Assembly: GCF_963921235.1 (NCBI RefSeq)
Contig: NC_086108.1
Location: 106,828,001-106,892,000, forward strand
DNA from: Mobula hypostoma
Taxonomy: Eukaryota
DNA length: 64,000 nt
Direction of reading: 5' to 3'
Shown: in pieces, positions 48,818 through 61,084 of the stretch
Layout: each line of letters begins with the position of its first letter
How positions within the stretch are numbered: position 1 is the stretch's first letter
Notes under the pieces: generated by a model
The model's database searches: none
Told to the model about the DNA's origin: nothing
The model's input: the letters and a program-made list of their open reading frames with translations, nothing else
Made by a program: the position numbers and the translations under genes

Positions 48818-49184
48818 CATAGTTATAGTCATAGTCATACTTAATTGATCCCGGGGGAAATTGGTTTTTGTTACAGTTGCACCATAAATAATAAATAGCA
48901 ATAGAACCATAAATAGATAAATAGTAATATGTAAATTATGCCAGTAAATTATGAAATAAATCCAGGACCAGCCTATTGCCTCAGGGTGTCTGACCCTCCA
49001 AGGGAGGAGTTGTAAAGTTTGATGGCCACAGGCAGGAATGACTTCCTATGACGCTCTGTGCTGCATCTCGGTGGAATGAGTCTCTGGCTGAATGTACTCC
49101 TGTGCCCACCCAGTACATTATATAGTGGATGGGAGACATTGATCAAGATGGCATGCAACTTAGACAGCATCCTCTTTTCAGACA
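48818..49184 (-). mobile_element. Young Rex1/Babar 3' end
   Basis: SEKRMLSKLHAILINVSHPLYN..RHRKSFLPVAIKLYNSS; (GTCATA)n tail on the plus strand. Confidence 0.9.
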
Positions 49185-50082
49185 GTGTACAAGCAGCACA
49201 CATGATGATATTTAAATAAAATTAAGCTGGAAGCACTCAGCTGGTCAGTCGGCATCTGTGGATAGAGAAACAGAGTCAGTTTCAGGATTGGATGGACCTT
49301 AGGTATGATGCAGATAGGAAGAGCAGTTTCATGCTCCTGAGGGTCAACATAACATTTGAAGTTCAAATTCAAGTGCAAGTTCAAGTTTATTGTCATCTGA
49401 CTGTAGACACATAAAACCAAATAAAACAAAGTTGCTCCGGACCATGAAACACCCACAAAACACATATCACACATAGCACATCAACCAAAATATTACCATA
49501 AATAAATCAGTAGTATATAATTCAAAATGCATGTAGTGCACAACACAAGTAAACAGTAAGCATCTTGCAGTCCCAGTGATGAGTCCTCAGTGGTGGTAGG
49601 GTATACACTGGTCTCACAGCCGGATCATAGAAGCTGTTACCCAGTCTGGCAGTCCTAATCCCAAAGCTGCTGTACTCCCTTCCTGACGGGACTGAGTCAG
49701 AGATTGTGCGATGGGAGATACAGATCTTCAACAATGCTTGTGCAGGTCTATTCTGGAGCCAACCCATTGAAGCTGTCATAAAGAAGGCATGCCAGCACCT
49801 ATAGTCCATTATGAGTTTGAGGAGATCCCATTTCTCATCAAAGACTCCCACAATTTTTTCAGATGTACACCGTGGAGAACGCTTTGGCTGGCTGCGTCAC
49901 TGCTAGGTAAGGAAACTCAAATGCAGAGAATCACAAATGTCTGCAGACTCTGTAAGTTCAGCTGGCTCCATCATGGGCACTAGCCTCCCCACCACTGAGG
50001 GCATCTCCAAGAGGTAGTGCCTCAGGAAAGCGGCATCAATCACTGAGGATACTTCCATTCCAGAACACACCCTCTTCTCGTT

Positions 50083-50375
50083 ACTATACTTTATACTTCA
50101 TTGTCCCCAAACAACTGAATTGATACTAGAACGTACAATCATCACAGCAATATTTGATTCTGCGCTTCCTGCTCCCTGGATTACAAATATTAAATATTAA
50201 AAATAGTAAAAATTAGTAAATACTAAAAATTTAAATCATAAATCACAAATAGAAAATAGAAAAATGGAAAGTGAGGAAGTGAGGTAGTGTAAAAAAACAA
50301 GAGGCAGGTCCGGATATTTGGAGGGTACGGCCCAAATCCGGGTCAGGATCCGTTCAGCAGTCTTTATACTTTATA
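50083..50375 (-). mobile_element. Rex-type 3' UTR, same family as 52580-53870
   Basis: Nearly identical to 53463-53710; (ATACTTT)n tail. Confidence 0.75.
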
Positions 50376-50714
50376 TGACCATCAAGGAGTAGGTACAGGA
50401 GCCTGAGGAACCACACTCACAATTTGAGGAACCCTTGAACCCATGAACACTATCTCATTATTCCATTGATTTACACGATTTATTTCTTTAATTTTTAATT
50501 TCTGGTAATTTTATGCATTTGCACTGTACATTGTCTCAACACAACAAATTTCATGTCATGTAAGTCAGAGGTTTACGATGATGTTGCCAGCATTCGAGGA
50601 ACTGAGTTTCTGAGAGAGTTTTATTTTGTTGGGACTTTATTCATTGGAACTTATCAGAAGAAGAGATGATCTTATAGAAATGTATAAAATCATGAGGATG
50701 AGGTGGAAGTACAC

Positions 50715-51077
50715 TTAACAAAAGGAGATGTAAGGTACTCCTTCCCACTGCTGGCCTGCAGGTCACCCATGGGCAATGTATAGTATCTGCTTAGCTCCCC
50801 AATCAGGGTCAATTAAAGCCATGGGAGCAGTGGGTGGATGGTCATATGAGCAGCTGGTGCAAATCAAAATTTCTGGTTATGCGACCAACTGATGACAGGC
50901 AGACAATCTCTGAAGCATATTGATAATGGCCGTGGTCACCTGTATTGTAAAAACACCATCTAGAAGAAGGCAATGGCAAACAACTTCTGTAAAAAAATTT
51001 GCCAAGAGCAATCAGGGTCACAGAAAGACTATGGTTGCACATGCCATATGACAAAGCACATAATGATGATGATGATG
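50715..51077 (+). mobile_element. RTE-related SINE/non-autonomous element with (ATG)n tail
   Basis: gaagaaggcaatggcaaacaacttctgt..cacataatgatgatgatgatg; inserted within a CR1 3' fragment. Confidence 0.7.
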
Positions 51078-51789
51078 TTAAATCGTGAGGAGCATACATA
51101 GAGTGAATGCACACAGGGAGAGAGAATCTAAATAAGAGGGTATTTAGGGTTACAGTGATCAGAGTTAAATATAATAGGAACCTGAGGGACAAAATTTTCA
51201 CCTAGAGCTGATCAGTACATGGAATGAGCGGCCAGAGAAAGTTGATTAATTCATTTCAAAATCATAAAACATTAACAACACTCAAAAGGCAATTGGACAG
51301 GTGTGTGGATAGGAAAAGTTTAGATGATATGGGCCAAAATGGTCAAATGGGACTGGCTTAGATGGCATGATTGTATGACACAATATCTATGATACAATGA
51401 CACAACAATACTACTGTATGATGACTATGATATTCTAACACTATAATACTATGATTCTATCACTTTATGACACTATGGCATGATGACTATATGGACCTAA
51501 ACTCTGTGACTCCTTGACTGTATGACACTATAACCGTGAATCTGTGACTCTATAAACTCTCTGTCTGACTCTGTGACTGTATGACGCTACAGCTCTGTGG
51601 ATCTGTGATTATAAACTCTCCGTCTGACTCTATAACTGTGACTCTATGACTGTATGATACTATAACTGTGAATCTGTGACTCTATAAGCTTTCCGTTGAA
51701 TTTATAGCTCTATGACCCTGAGACTATGTCACTATGACTCCATATAACTTTATGGATCTGTCGCTCTGAGACTCTGACGCGATGACTGA

Positions 51790-52052
51790 TACTTCTACTT
51801 AGAGATAAAGCACAGAACAGGCTTTTCAGCTCTCGATTGACAGCAATCCACGATTGAACCCTAGCCTAATTACCGGACAATACACAATGAACAATTAATC
51901 TACTAATCAGTACATCTTTGGACTTTGGGAGGAAACCCACGTGGTCACATGGATAATATGCAAACTCATTACAGAGGACATTGGGATTGAACTCTGAATT
52001 CCAAAGCTCATAGACGTAATGCTGCCATGGTAACTGCTACGTACTGTGATGC
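51790..52052 (-). mobile_element. V-SINE copy inside the satellite
   Basis: tacatctttggactttgggaggaaacccacgtggtcac. Confidence 0.72.
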
Positions 52053-52579
52053 CTGACTCTATGAATCTATGACACGATGAACCTGTAACTCTATGAACCC
52101 ATGACCCTATGACTTTATGACTTCATAACTCTATGTCACTATGATTCTGACACTATGTCTTTGACTCTATGACTTTATGAGTCTATTTCTCTAACACTCT
52201 GTGACACCATGACCCTATGACTCAGTGACACTGTGACACTATGACACTCTGACTCCATGACTCTGTAACTCTATGACTTTGTGACTCTGTGACACTATGA
52301 CCATGACTCAATGAAAATATGACTGTGACTTTATGACTCTATGAGCCTATGACTCTGTGACTCAATGACTCTATGCCTCTAGGACACTCTGACACACTAT
52401 CACTCTATTATTCTATGACTCTGTGAGTCTATGATTTTGTGACACTATGGTTCTTTGAGTCTATGGCACACTCGATCCCTCAATGACTCTATGACTTTAT
52501 TCTGCAGCTCTCTGACGCGTTGACTCTATGTCACTGTAATTCTGTGACTCTGTGACTGTGACTCTATAACTGTGACATT

Positions 52580-53870
52580 ACTTTACTTTATAGTTCATTG
52601 TGTTACGTACCCCATAACTGGGTTACCAAACCAGCAGAAATGGATCACTCAGTTGGAGTCTGGAGTACTAGAACTAAGCAAGTTTTATTAAAGAAACAAG
52701 CAACACAGTAATCGAAAGGATAATAAATGCAGCAGTTCAGCGATGATAAACACACATGTGCACAGAATTAAGATAACAGCATCAATCAAGCTCTACCGTT
52801 GTCTAGGGGTAAATGACCAAATTTCAAAGTGACTCAAAGTTCAGTCCAGTTTAGTAGTTCAGTTCGCAGTAATCGTTGCCATGGCGATGGACAACGTGAT
52901 GGGAGAGAGAGAGAGAACAGGAACAACTGATCATTCAGACACGGCTTCACTCACAGACCGGCGATATGGCTCACAAGCAGCTTTTGGGCAGGTCCCTGGT
53001 GATGTCACCTGAGGTCACCGACTGTGACCCCTCCTCCAGATGTGGTCGATCCTCTGCAGTGAACCCGGCACCCAGGCAAGGGCGGACACACACCGGGTTC
53101 CCGCTGATCGTACCTTTCCACCCTGGCCGTTGTCTGATACTTTCCACCGACTCGTGAGAGGCGTACCACTTCCAGGGTCTCGTTACCTCGGGTGGCGTGT
53201 GTCCTGCCTTAGCGAACCGGTCCCTTTTTATCCCCCTGCTGGGGCATCGCCTGTCCACCACTTCAAACAGTTCAGGGTTCAAAGGGGGAGCCGCTCCAGA
53301 CAGCTCTCTCTCCCGTCCCTTCATTACACATCTCCAGACGCTGCTCCATTGTTCCTTATCTCTCCTTCCCCTGAGGGCAGGTGGCAGACCACTTGCTGAT
53401 GTCACTGATGCTAACCCAGGCCAGCAAACATCTTAATTTTATGTGTATTCTCGTCACAATTGTCACCAAACAATTGATACTATAACATACAATCATCACA
53501 GCGATATTTGATTCTGCGCTTCCCACTCCCTGGATTACAAATACTAAATATTAAAAATAGTAAAAATTAGTAAATATTAAAAATTTAAATTATAAATCAT
53601 AAATAGAAAATAGAAAAATGGAAAGTAAGGTAGTGCAAAAAAACCGAGAGGCAGGTCCGGATATTTGGAGGGTATGGCCCAGATCCGGGTCAGGATCCGT
53701 TCAGCAGTCTTATCACAGTTGGAAAGAAGCTGTTCCCAAATCTGGCCGTACGAGTCTTCAAGCTCCTGAACCTTCTCCCGGAGGGAAGAGGGACGAAAAG
53801 TGTCTTGGCCAGTGGGTCGTGTCCTTGGTTATCCTGGCAGCACTGCTCCGACAGCGTGCAGTGTAAAGTG
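52580..53870 (-). mobile_element. Rex1/Babar-type 3' end interrupted by a solo LTR
   Basis: Minus strand reads TLFVPLPSGRRFRSLKTRTARFGNSFFPTVIRLLN; (ACTTT)n tail at 52580-52590. Confidence 0.82.
52601..53458 (-). mobile_element. Solo LTR, family B (858 bp, Gypsy-like, young)
   Basis: Termini TGTTACG..CGTCACA; 4-bp TSD ATTG at 52597-52600 and 53459-53462; AATAAA on the minus strand near 52685; CpGs well preserved. Confidence 0.88.
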
Positions 53871-54539
53871 AGAATTTATTATGAAATGTAATTCATTATG
53901 AATTTATGACTCTATGACTGTGAATCTGTGACTGTCTGACCCTATGACTCTATGATACTCTGACTCTAACAATCAATGTCTTTATGAATCTATGAATCTG
54001 AGACACTATGACGCTGTGGCTCTGTGACTCTATGATTCTATGACTGTGATTCTGTGACTATGAGTTTATGACTCTCTGACTGTGACTCTATAACTGACTA
54101 TGACACTATGAATTTATGACTGTGTGACTCTATGACACTATGTCTCTGTAACCCTGTAACTCAATGACACTGTGTCTCTATGACTGTGACTATGACACTA
54201 TGAATCTACGACTCTATGACTCTGACTCTGTGACACCATGACACTATCACTATGCCTCTGTGACTCTGAGGCTGTGACACCATGATTCTATGTCTCTGTG
54301 ACACTCTGACTTTATCAGCCTAACTCCATTGCAACGACCATTCAACTACCTCTGATCCTTTATCTGGTTTCCGTTTCTATTCTAATCGAAGGACTCATTG
54401 CATCCAAGCCAATATGCCCGTCGTCCATCAGCAGACTGCTACAAACATGCCAGGAACTTGTCTGCTTTAGACTTGAACACACATAATGAATCAGCATCCA
54501 CACTTCAATAGGGGAAAAAATCCTGAGATTCAGGTCTCC

Positions 54540-55640
54540 TGGAGAGAAATTTCTCCCATGGAGGCACAAGAGATTGCTGATACTGAAGTAGTGTGTGCAG
54601 TTCTGATGCAAATTTACCAGAACGCTGCATGAGCGAGAATTTGTGAGCTATGAGGCGAGTTTGGACAAACTTGGGTAGTTTTCTCTGGAATGGTGGGGGC
54701 TGAGGGGAGACTTGGTAGGAGTTCCATAGGAGAGGCGTAGATGGGGAGTCAGTATTTTTTTTCCAGGGTAGGTATGTCAAGCATAAGAGGACCTGGATTG
54801 ACTATAGGAGATGGGATGTTATGTTGAAGATGTATGAGATATTGGTGAGATCTAATTTGGAATATTGTGTGCATTTTGGTCACCTACCTACAGGAAAGAT
54901 GTAAATAAGGTTGAAAGGATACAGAGGAAATTTACAAAGATGTTGTCAGGTCTGCAGGAGCTGAGTGATAAGGAAAGATTGTTTATGTTGGAACTTTATT
55001 CCTTGGAACTTGAGAAGATTGAGACGAAATTTGACAGAGGTGTACAAATTAATGAGGGGTTAATGGAGAGTAAGTGCAAGCCGGCTTTTTCCACTGAGGT
55101 TGGGTGGGACGACAATTAGGAAGTCACTGGTTAAGAGTGAAAGGTAAAAAATTAAAGGGAAAATGAGGGAAAACATCTTCCCTCAGAGTGTCATGAGAGT
55201 GTGGAATGAGCTGCCAGCACAAGTGGTGCATGCAAGCTTGACTTCAACAAATAAGAGAAGTCTGGATGAGTACATGGATGGCAGGGTTATGGAGGGCTAT
55301 GGTCCTGGGGCAGATTGATGGGAGTAGGCAGTTTAAATGGTTTGGCACGTACTAGATGGGCTGAAGGACCTGGTTCTATGCTGTACTTTTCTGTGCCTAT
55401 GTATTTAAGGTGAGAGGAAGAGAGTTTAAAAGAGATGTGTGGAGCAAGTTAGTTTACGGAAAGCAGAAGGTGTCTGGAATAGACTGCCAGGGGAAGTGGT
55501 GGAATCAGATATGATACTGACATTGAACAGGCTTTTAGACAGACAAATGATTATGTGGGGAATTAAGGGATATGGATCATGTGCAGGCAGAAGAGATGGA
55601 TTTTAATTCAGCCTCACATTTGGCACAGGCATTGTGCTGT
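54540..55640 (+). mobile_element. Nested old CR1 3' fragments
   Basis: CAFWSPTYRKDVNKVERIQRKFTKML (54865 onward) lies inside a second CR1 3' end. Confidence 0.82.
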
Positions 55641-56345
55641 AATTTTTTCACATTTCCTGCTCCTCCTCGTGTCTGGCTTAAATAGAAATCCCCTTATTCT
55701 GAAACTGTGACCTCTAATTCCATTTTAGAGGGGAATTTGCATAAAGTACTGAGTTCCCTCATCCAGGGAGCCCCTGTATATATCTCTCAATCAATAAATA
55801 TAAATGCTCCAAAGTGCTTTCAGCGTCTCCCAGCAACATTGGGGCAAGAACAACCATTTAGATATGCCCATTCGTGATTCTAACCCAAGTATTTATTTTT
55901 GGTGTGAAGCCTGCTAGGACATTCTGTTTTGTTAACTGTGTTATGTAAATACACATTATTATTATACACATCTATGTCCTGTAGTTAAAGCTTAAAAATC
56001 TGTGGGAGATGGAAACTCTAAGTGTTTATTGAGAATTTGCTTCAGTTTGAGGTCCAAGTTTTGGTCAGTTAATAATAGGGCAGATGTGTATGTCATTGGT
56101 TTTCTTCTTGTGTGCCAGCACCCTTAAATAATAATCAGTATGATTAAAAACTGTTAGTTAAAAGAGATAGTTCTAAAAACATTTAAGCAATTAGTTTTCA
56201 GTTTTGGTTGTGGGTATCTGATGTGAGAGGCAATTAGAAGACTCAACAGATAATTGGCAAAAAGACATTCTTTTTCTACACTGCTTTTTTTGCTACAACC
56301 CCTTTATTTGGAAAGGTCAAAAGGTTGCCCGAGCAAAACATAGCT

Positions 56346-56365
56346 TGACCCCTGAACTATGACCT
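56346..56365 (-). promoter_or_regulatory. Candidate nuclear-receptor response element: three perfect RGKTCA half-sites (DR1-DR1)
   Basis: Plus strand TGACCC-C-TGAACT-A-TGACCT, i.e. AGGTCA-T-AGTTCA-G-GGGTCA; extra AGGTCA at 56314 and 56392; lies in single-copy sequence. Confidence 0.5.
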
Positions 56366-56799
56366 CTTGAAAGAAGAAGGCCCTTGCTTTGAGGTCAGGT
56401 GACATTCCCTGTTAATTAATCAGTCGCAGCATGACAGGCTACAAGAATGCTCAATGACTCTAAGAATGTTGCCGTCTAATAGTTCAATTGCCCTCTGTAG
56501 AGCAGCAGAGAACTCTTCAGATCTTTGGTACATCTAGGCCAGTCTCCTTGGAGACACCTGTCCATCAAAGTAATCCCTCAGGTTCAAGTGGGCTGCTTTC
56601 GTTAAGCTTTCCATGACGGCGGACAAAACTGACAAGATGAATTGCTCATTAGTAATCCTATTTTACTTTTGTGAAAGACGCTGTTTAAAATCTAGATGTA
56701 TTCTTTTCCTGAGGCAAGATAGAAGTGTTTCAGAGGTGCAAAGAAGAAAATAAAATATTTCATTGAGTGTTGTTAGCCTGTGAGGTAAGGTTGTTATAA

Positions 56800-58150
56800 A
56801 CAGGGTTGGGAATGAGGGCAAGCTCCCACTAGCTATTAAATGCTCCCAAAAGTGTGCTTCTCAAATACCCTCCGAAAACCAAGACCAGCTCTTTGCCTTC
56901 ATGTGTGGCTTAGCTGCTAAGCCCGAAAAAAACCATTTCTACTGACAGAAAAAGGGGCAAATGTGGGTTACTGGCACCTTAAAAACTGTCACTTCGGGCA
57001 GTTGGGGCTCGTCAGCCATGATTGGCAACTCATCTAGGAGAAGGAAAACTCTGATCTCAAACCTCCGCTGCCTTGTGGCGATACCCACTCGTGGGGAAGG
57101 GTTCGGGAGTAAACCCCGAGCGTAAAATCCAGAGCAGGAGTCCTTGAGGCAATCCTACATTGTGTTCAACACTGACTGGCAACTCCTGTGACACTGCTGG
57201 TGCCAAATTGTATCGGTCTCTGCCATTCCTTTACATTCATCAGATGCATGGAGAGCAGAGCTTGCTACATGGGCAAAAGCTTGTCTCCATATTCACAACA
57301 CGCTGGAGGAACTCAGCAGGTCGGGCGGCATCTGTGGAAACGATCAGTCAATGTTTCGGGCCGGAATCTTTCGTCAGGACTGTAGAGGGAAGGGGCGGAG
57401 GCTCTATAAAGAAGGTGGAGGGAGGGCGGGAAGGAGAAGGCTGGTAGGTTCCAGGTGAAAAACCAGTAAGGGGAAAGATAAAGGGGTGGGAGAGGGGAAG
57501 CAGGGAGGTGACAGGCAGGAAAGGTGAAGAAGGAATAGGGGAAAGCACAATGGGTAGTAGAAGGAGGTGGAACCATGAGGGAGGTGATAGGCAGCTGGGG
57601 AAGGGGGCAGACTGAAACTGGGATGGGGGAAGGGATGGGAGAGTAAATTACCAGAACTTGGAGAGTTCAAGGTTCATACCAAGGGGCTGGAGACTACCCA
57701 GACGGTATATGAGGACCCCTCCCCCAGCTGCCTATCACCTCCCTCATGGTTCCATCTCCTTCTACTATCGACTGTGCTTTCCCCTATTCTTTCTTCACCT
57801 TTCCTGCCTATCATCTCCCTTCCCTCACCCCTTTATCTTTCCCCTTACTGGTTTTTCACCTGGAACCTACCAGCCTTCTCCTTCCCACCCTCCCCCCACC
57901 TTCTTTATAGGGCCTCTGCCCCTTTCCTCTTCAGTCCTGACGAAGGGTTCCGGCCCAAGACATTGACTGATCATTTCCATGGATGCTGCCCGACCTGTTG
58001 AGTTCCTCCAGCGTGTTGTGAGTGTTGCTTTGACCCCAGCATCTGCAGAGTATCTTGTGTTTATGATTGCTCTCCATATTGTACTGTCCTGGCTTGTGTA
58101 TCTACACAGCTAGCATTCAACATCCATGCTCGACCCTGACCCGCGGTGGC
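56800..58150 (+). mobile_element. RTE-leader-like non-coding repeat interrupted by Penelope
   Basis: Homologous to 24150-24752 (reverse complement) on both sides of the insertion. Confidence 0.6.
57294..58070. mobile_element. Penelope insertion with two inverted pLTRs (~310-bp inverted repeat)
   Basis: 57294-~57605 is the reverse complement of ~57717-58020; TSD TCTCCATATT at 57284-57293 and 58071-58080; hammerhead motifs at 57345-57382 (minus) and 57931-57970 (plus); minus-strand LIYRLGSLQPLGMNLELS at 57660-57714. Confidence 0.9.
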
Positions 58151-58905
58151 CTCCTGAGATAACCAGCATCAAGTTCCCAGTGGTCAATATCTCAGGCCCA
58201 ACACATTGATGCAATCATGAAGAAGGTGAGCCAGTGCATCTACTTCATTAGAAGTTTAAGAATATTTGCTTTATCACCAAAAACTCTTTGAAGAGCATGC
58301 TGGCTGGTTGCATCACCATCTAACATTAAGGCTCCAATATGCAGGATCAAGCGAGGCTGCAGAGGGTTGTAGACCCAGCGAGCTCCATCACTGGCATAAC
58401 CATCTCCACTATCAAGGACATCTTCAAAAGATAGTGTCTCAAGAAGGCGGCATCCATCATTAAAAACCTTCACTGTTTGTGACATACCCTTACTCTTTAT
58501 TACCATCAGGGAGAAGGAACAGAAGACTGATGAGCCACAGTCAGCAACTCAGGAGATTTTTCCCTTCCGCCAGTAGTTATAGAAACAATCCATGAACCAA
58601 TGAACATTGCCCTGTTATTCCTATTTTTATAAAATTTATTTTTTTTTTCTAATTTATGGGTCTTTATGTCTTTGCACTGGCAAAAACACCAAATTTAACA
58701 TATGTTAGTGATATGAAATCTAATTCCGATTCATTTCTCCAAGTGGTTTTGGATTTAACTGATAAAAGTATAAGTAACACAACCCAGAATTTTCAGCTTG
58801 TGAAATAGTTTTATAGAGTGGTAGGGTCACTGAGTTACATGACATGCAAACAAACTCTTTAAAGCTTGGAAGGGCATTTTCCATGCTGTTTAATTCCATG
58901 AACCT

Positions 58906-59288
58906 ACACTCAGTGGGCACATTATTAAGTACACCTGCTCATTTATGCAAATATCTAATCAGCCGATCACTTGGCAGCAACTCAATGCTCAAAAGCCTCC
59001 AGACATGGTCAAGAGTCTCAATTGCTGTTACAACCAAACATCAGAATAGGGAAGAAATGCGATCTAAGTGGCTTTGACTGTGGAGAGATTGTTGGTGCCA
59101 GATGGGGTGGTTTGAGTATTTCAGAAACTGCTGATCTCCTTGGATTTTCACATACAAGAGTCTCTAGAGTTTACAGAAAATGGTGTGAGAAACAAAAAAA
59201 ATTCAGTAAGCAGCAGTTCTGTGGGTGAAAATGCCTGTTAATGAGAGAGGTCAGAGGACAATGGCCAGGTTGGTTCAAGCTGACAATC
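58906..59288 (+). mobile_element. Tc1/mariner 5' remnant
   Basis: TA + cactcagtgggcacattattaagtacac TIR; IGKKCDLSGFDCGEIVGARWGGLSISETADLLGFSHTRVSRVYRKW. Confidence 0.9.
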
Positions 59289-60248
59289 CACCCCGATGAA
59301 TCCTTTCAGCACGTTCTACATTTGTATCTGCAAATTAAATTTTCAACGTCCATAGTATCTGAGATTTTTCACAGGTTCTTCATGATCGTGATTCAAACTT
59401 GGTTGTTTTTTTTTAAATCTTGCAGTGTTTCGGAGACAGAGAGGGGAATTTTGTATGAGATTAGGGTTTATGGACAGTGATATAGGGAAGTGAGAGGTCA
59501 GGCCTCCGTTCCTCACTCCACAGTTGAAAGGCAGCTATGTGATCGAGTGACAAAGGACATCAGCAACCTAGGCCTCCACTCCACGTTCAAAAGACGAGTG
59601 ACATGGATATGAAGGACTTCTGCTCTGCATTCGAGGTGCCAGTGATATGGAGATGGAGACGGTGGACATCCATGGTTGTTGGGCTGTCCCAGCCTGGTGG
59701 ATTTCTGTGTAGGTAGCAGACACAGTTGGGCAAGTTGGTCAGCACACTCAGAGTTCAATCCTGGAATTTGGGGTCAAACCGTTGACTACTCCGGGGGTCG
59801 ATCCTTGGCTGGAAGTTGCAGCCTGATGGCCAAAGCCTGGAGACCCAGAGCCCTGTCCTGGAGTAGGAGGACTGTCGGGGTGTGAGGGAGGGCGGAAGAG
59901 AGGAAGAGGTTTGTTTTGCTATGGTGCTCTGTATTGTTCCACCAAGCCCTGTGGGCATGCTGTTGGCATTGGAATTTGTGACAACACTTATGGCTGGCCC
60001 CCAGCACATCCTTGCGTATGAAGGTTGCTAATGTAAGTGAAGAATGTCACTGTATGTTTCCATGTACATGTAATAAACATATCTGAATCTGTGAATCTGA
60101 AAACAGGTAATATGAGTGGAAGAGAGCAGAGAAAATGCTCTTGTTGAAGACCCTTCGTCAGAACAGGGCTTCAAGGCCATGTTCTCTTCTCACTGCTGCT
60201 ATTGGCAAGGAGGTACTATAGCTTCAGGACCCTCACCACCAGGTTCGG

Positions 60249-60933
60249 TGTTGTGTGTTTAATATTTCAGTAGTACTTGAGTAATATTGTAAATATTTTG
60301 TTCATTTAAATAATTCACTACGGGTTAGATACATAAGTTGCATACGCCGTCATGCTACCACTTGCTACATGCACTCCACATATAAAATAAACACAAAGTT
60401 AGACACATCATATAACCATATAACAATTACAGCACGGAAACAGGCCATCTCGGCCCTTCTAGTCCGTGTCGAACTTTTACTCTCACCCAGTCCCACCGAC
60501 CTGCACTCAGCCCATAACCCTCCATTCCTTTCCTGTCCATATATCTATCCAATTTAACTTTAAACGATAACATCAAACCTGCCTCAACCACTTGTGCTGG
60601 AAGCTCGTTCCATACAGCTACCACTCTCTGAGTAAAGAAGTTCCCCCTCATGTTACCCATAAACTTGTGCACTTTAACTCTCAACTCATGTCCTCTTGTT
60701 TGAATGTCCCCCACTCTCAATGGAAAAAGCCTATCCATGTCAACTCTATCTATCCCCCTCATAATTCTAAATACCTCTATCAAGTGCCCCCTCAACCTTC
60801 TATGCTCCAAAGAATAAAGACCTAACTTGTTCAACCTTTCACTGTAACTTAGGAGATGAAACCCAGGCAACATTTTGGACTTCTGTGTCTTTCTCTAAAT
60901 TAGTTTAATATTTTGAAGTTACAAAACATAACA
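60249..60933 (+). mobile_element. Small AT-rich solo LTR (~215 bp, family C) interrupted by CR1
   Basis: Termini TGTTGTGT..ACATAACA; TSD TTCGG/TTCAG at 60244-60248 and 60934-60938; AATAAA at 60386; splits the Rex motif accaggttc|aggaacagttattac. Confidence 0.65.
60409..60873 (-). mobile_element. Young CR1 3' fragment
   Basis: Uninterrupted 148-aa frame MLPGFHLLSYSERLNKLGLYSLEHRRLRG..FFTQRVVAVWNELP; (CATATAAC)n tail on the plus strand. Confidence 0.93.
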
Positions 60934-61084
60934 TTCAGGAACAGTTATTACCCTTCAACCATCGGACTCCTGAACCGGCGTGGATAACTTCTCTCAACTC
61001 AGTGTTGAACCGATTCCACAACCTGTGGACTCACTTCCTAGGACTGTACAACTCATGTCCCCAGTTTTATTTATTTTTCATTAT

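Larger units (their letters stand above)
51365..54320. repeat. Degenerate (TGACTCTA/TGACACTA/TGACTG)n satellite in blocks 51365-51790, 52053-52578 and 53875-54320
   Basis: Many variant 6-8-bp units; starts immediately after a CR1 3' end (51080-51365); interrupted by a SINE and by a Rex copy that contains an LTR. Confidence 0.92.

Noticed and set aside
52966..53436. Overlapping ORFs and CpG-island-like composition
   Set aside because: Lies wholly inside a young solo LTR bounded by TG..CA and a 4-bp TSD.
51365..54320. Repeat array as a CRISPR-like locus
   Set aside because: Degenerate 6-8-bp tandem units with no constant repeat and unique spacers, no cas genes, eukaryotic context.
57313..58001. 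Near-duplicate proline-rich ORFs on opposite strands
   Set aside because: Translation artefacts of the pyrimidine tract in the inverted Penelope pLTRs.
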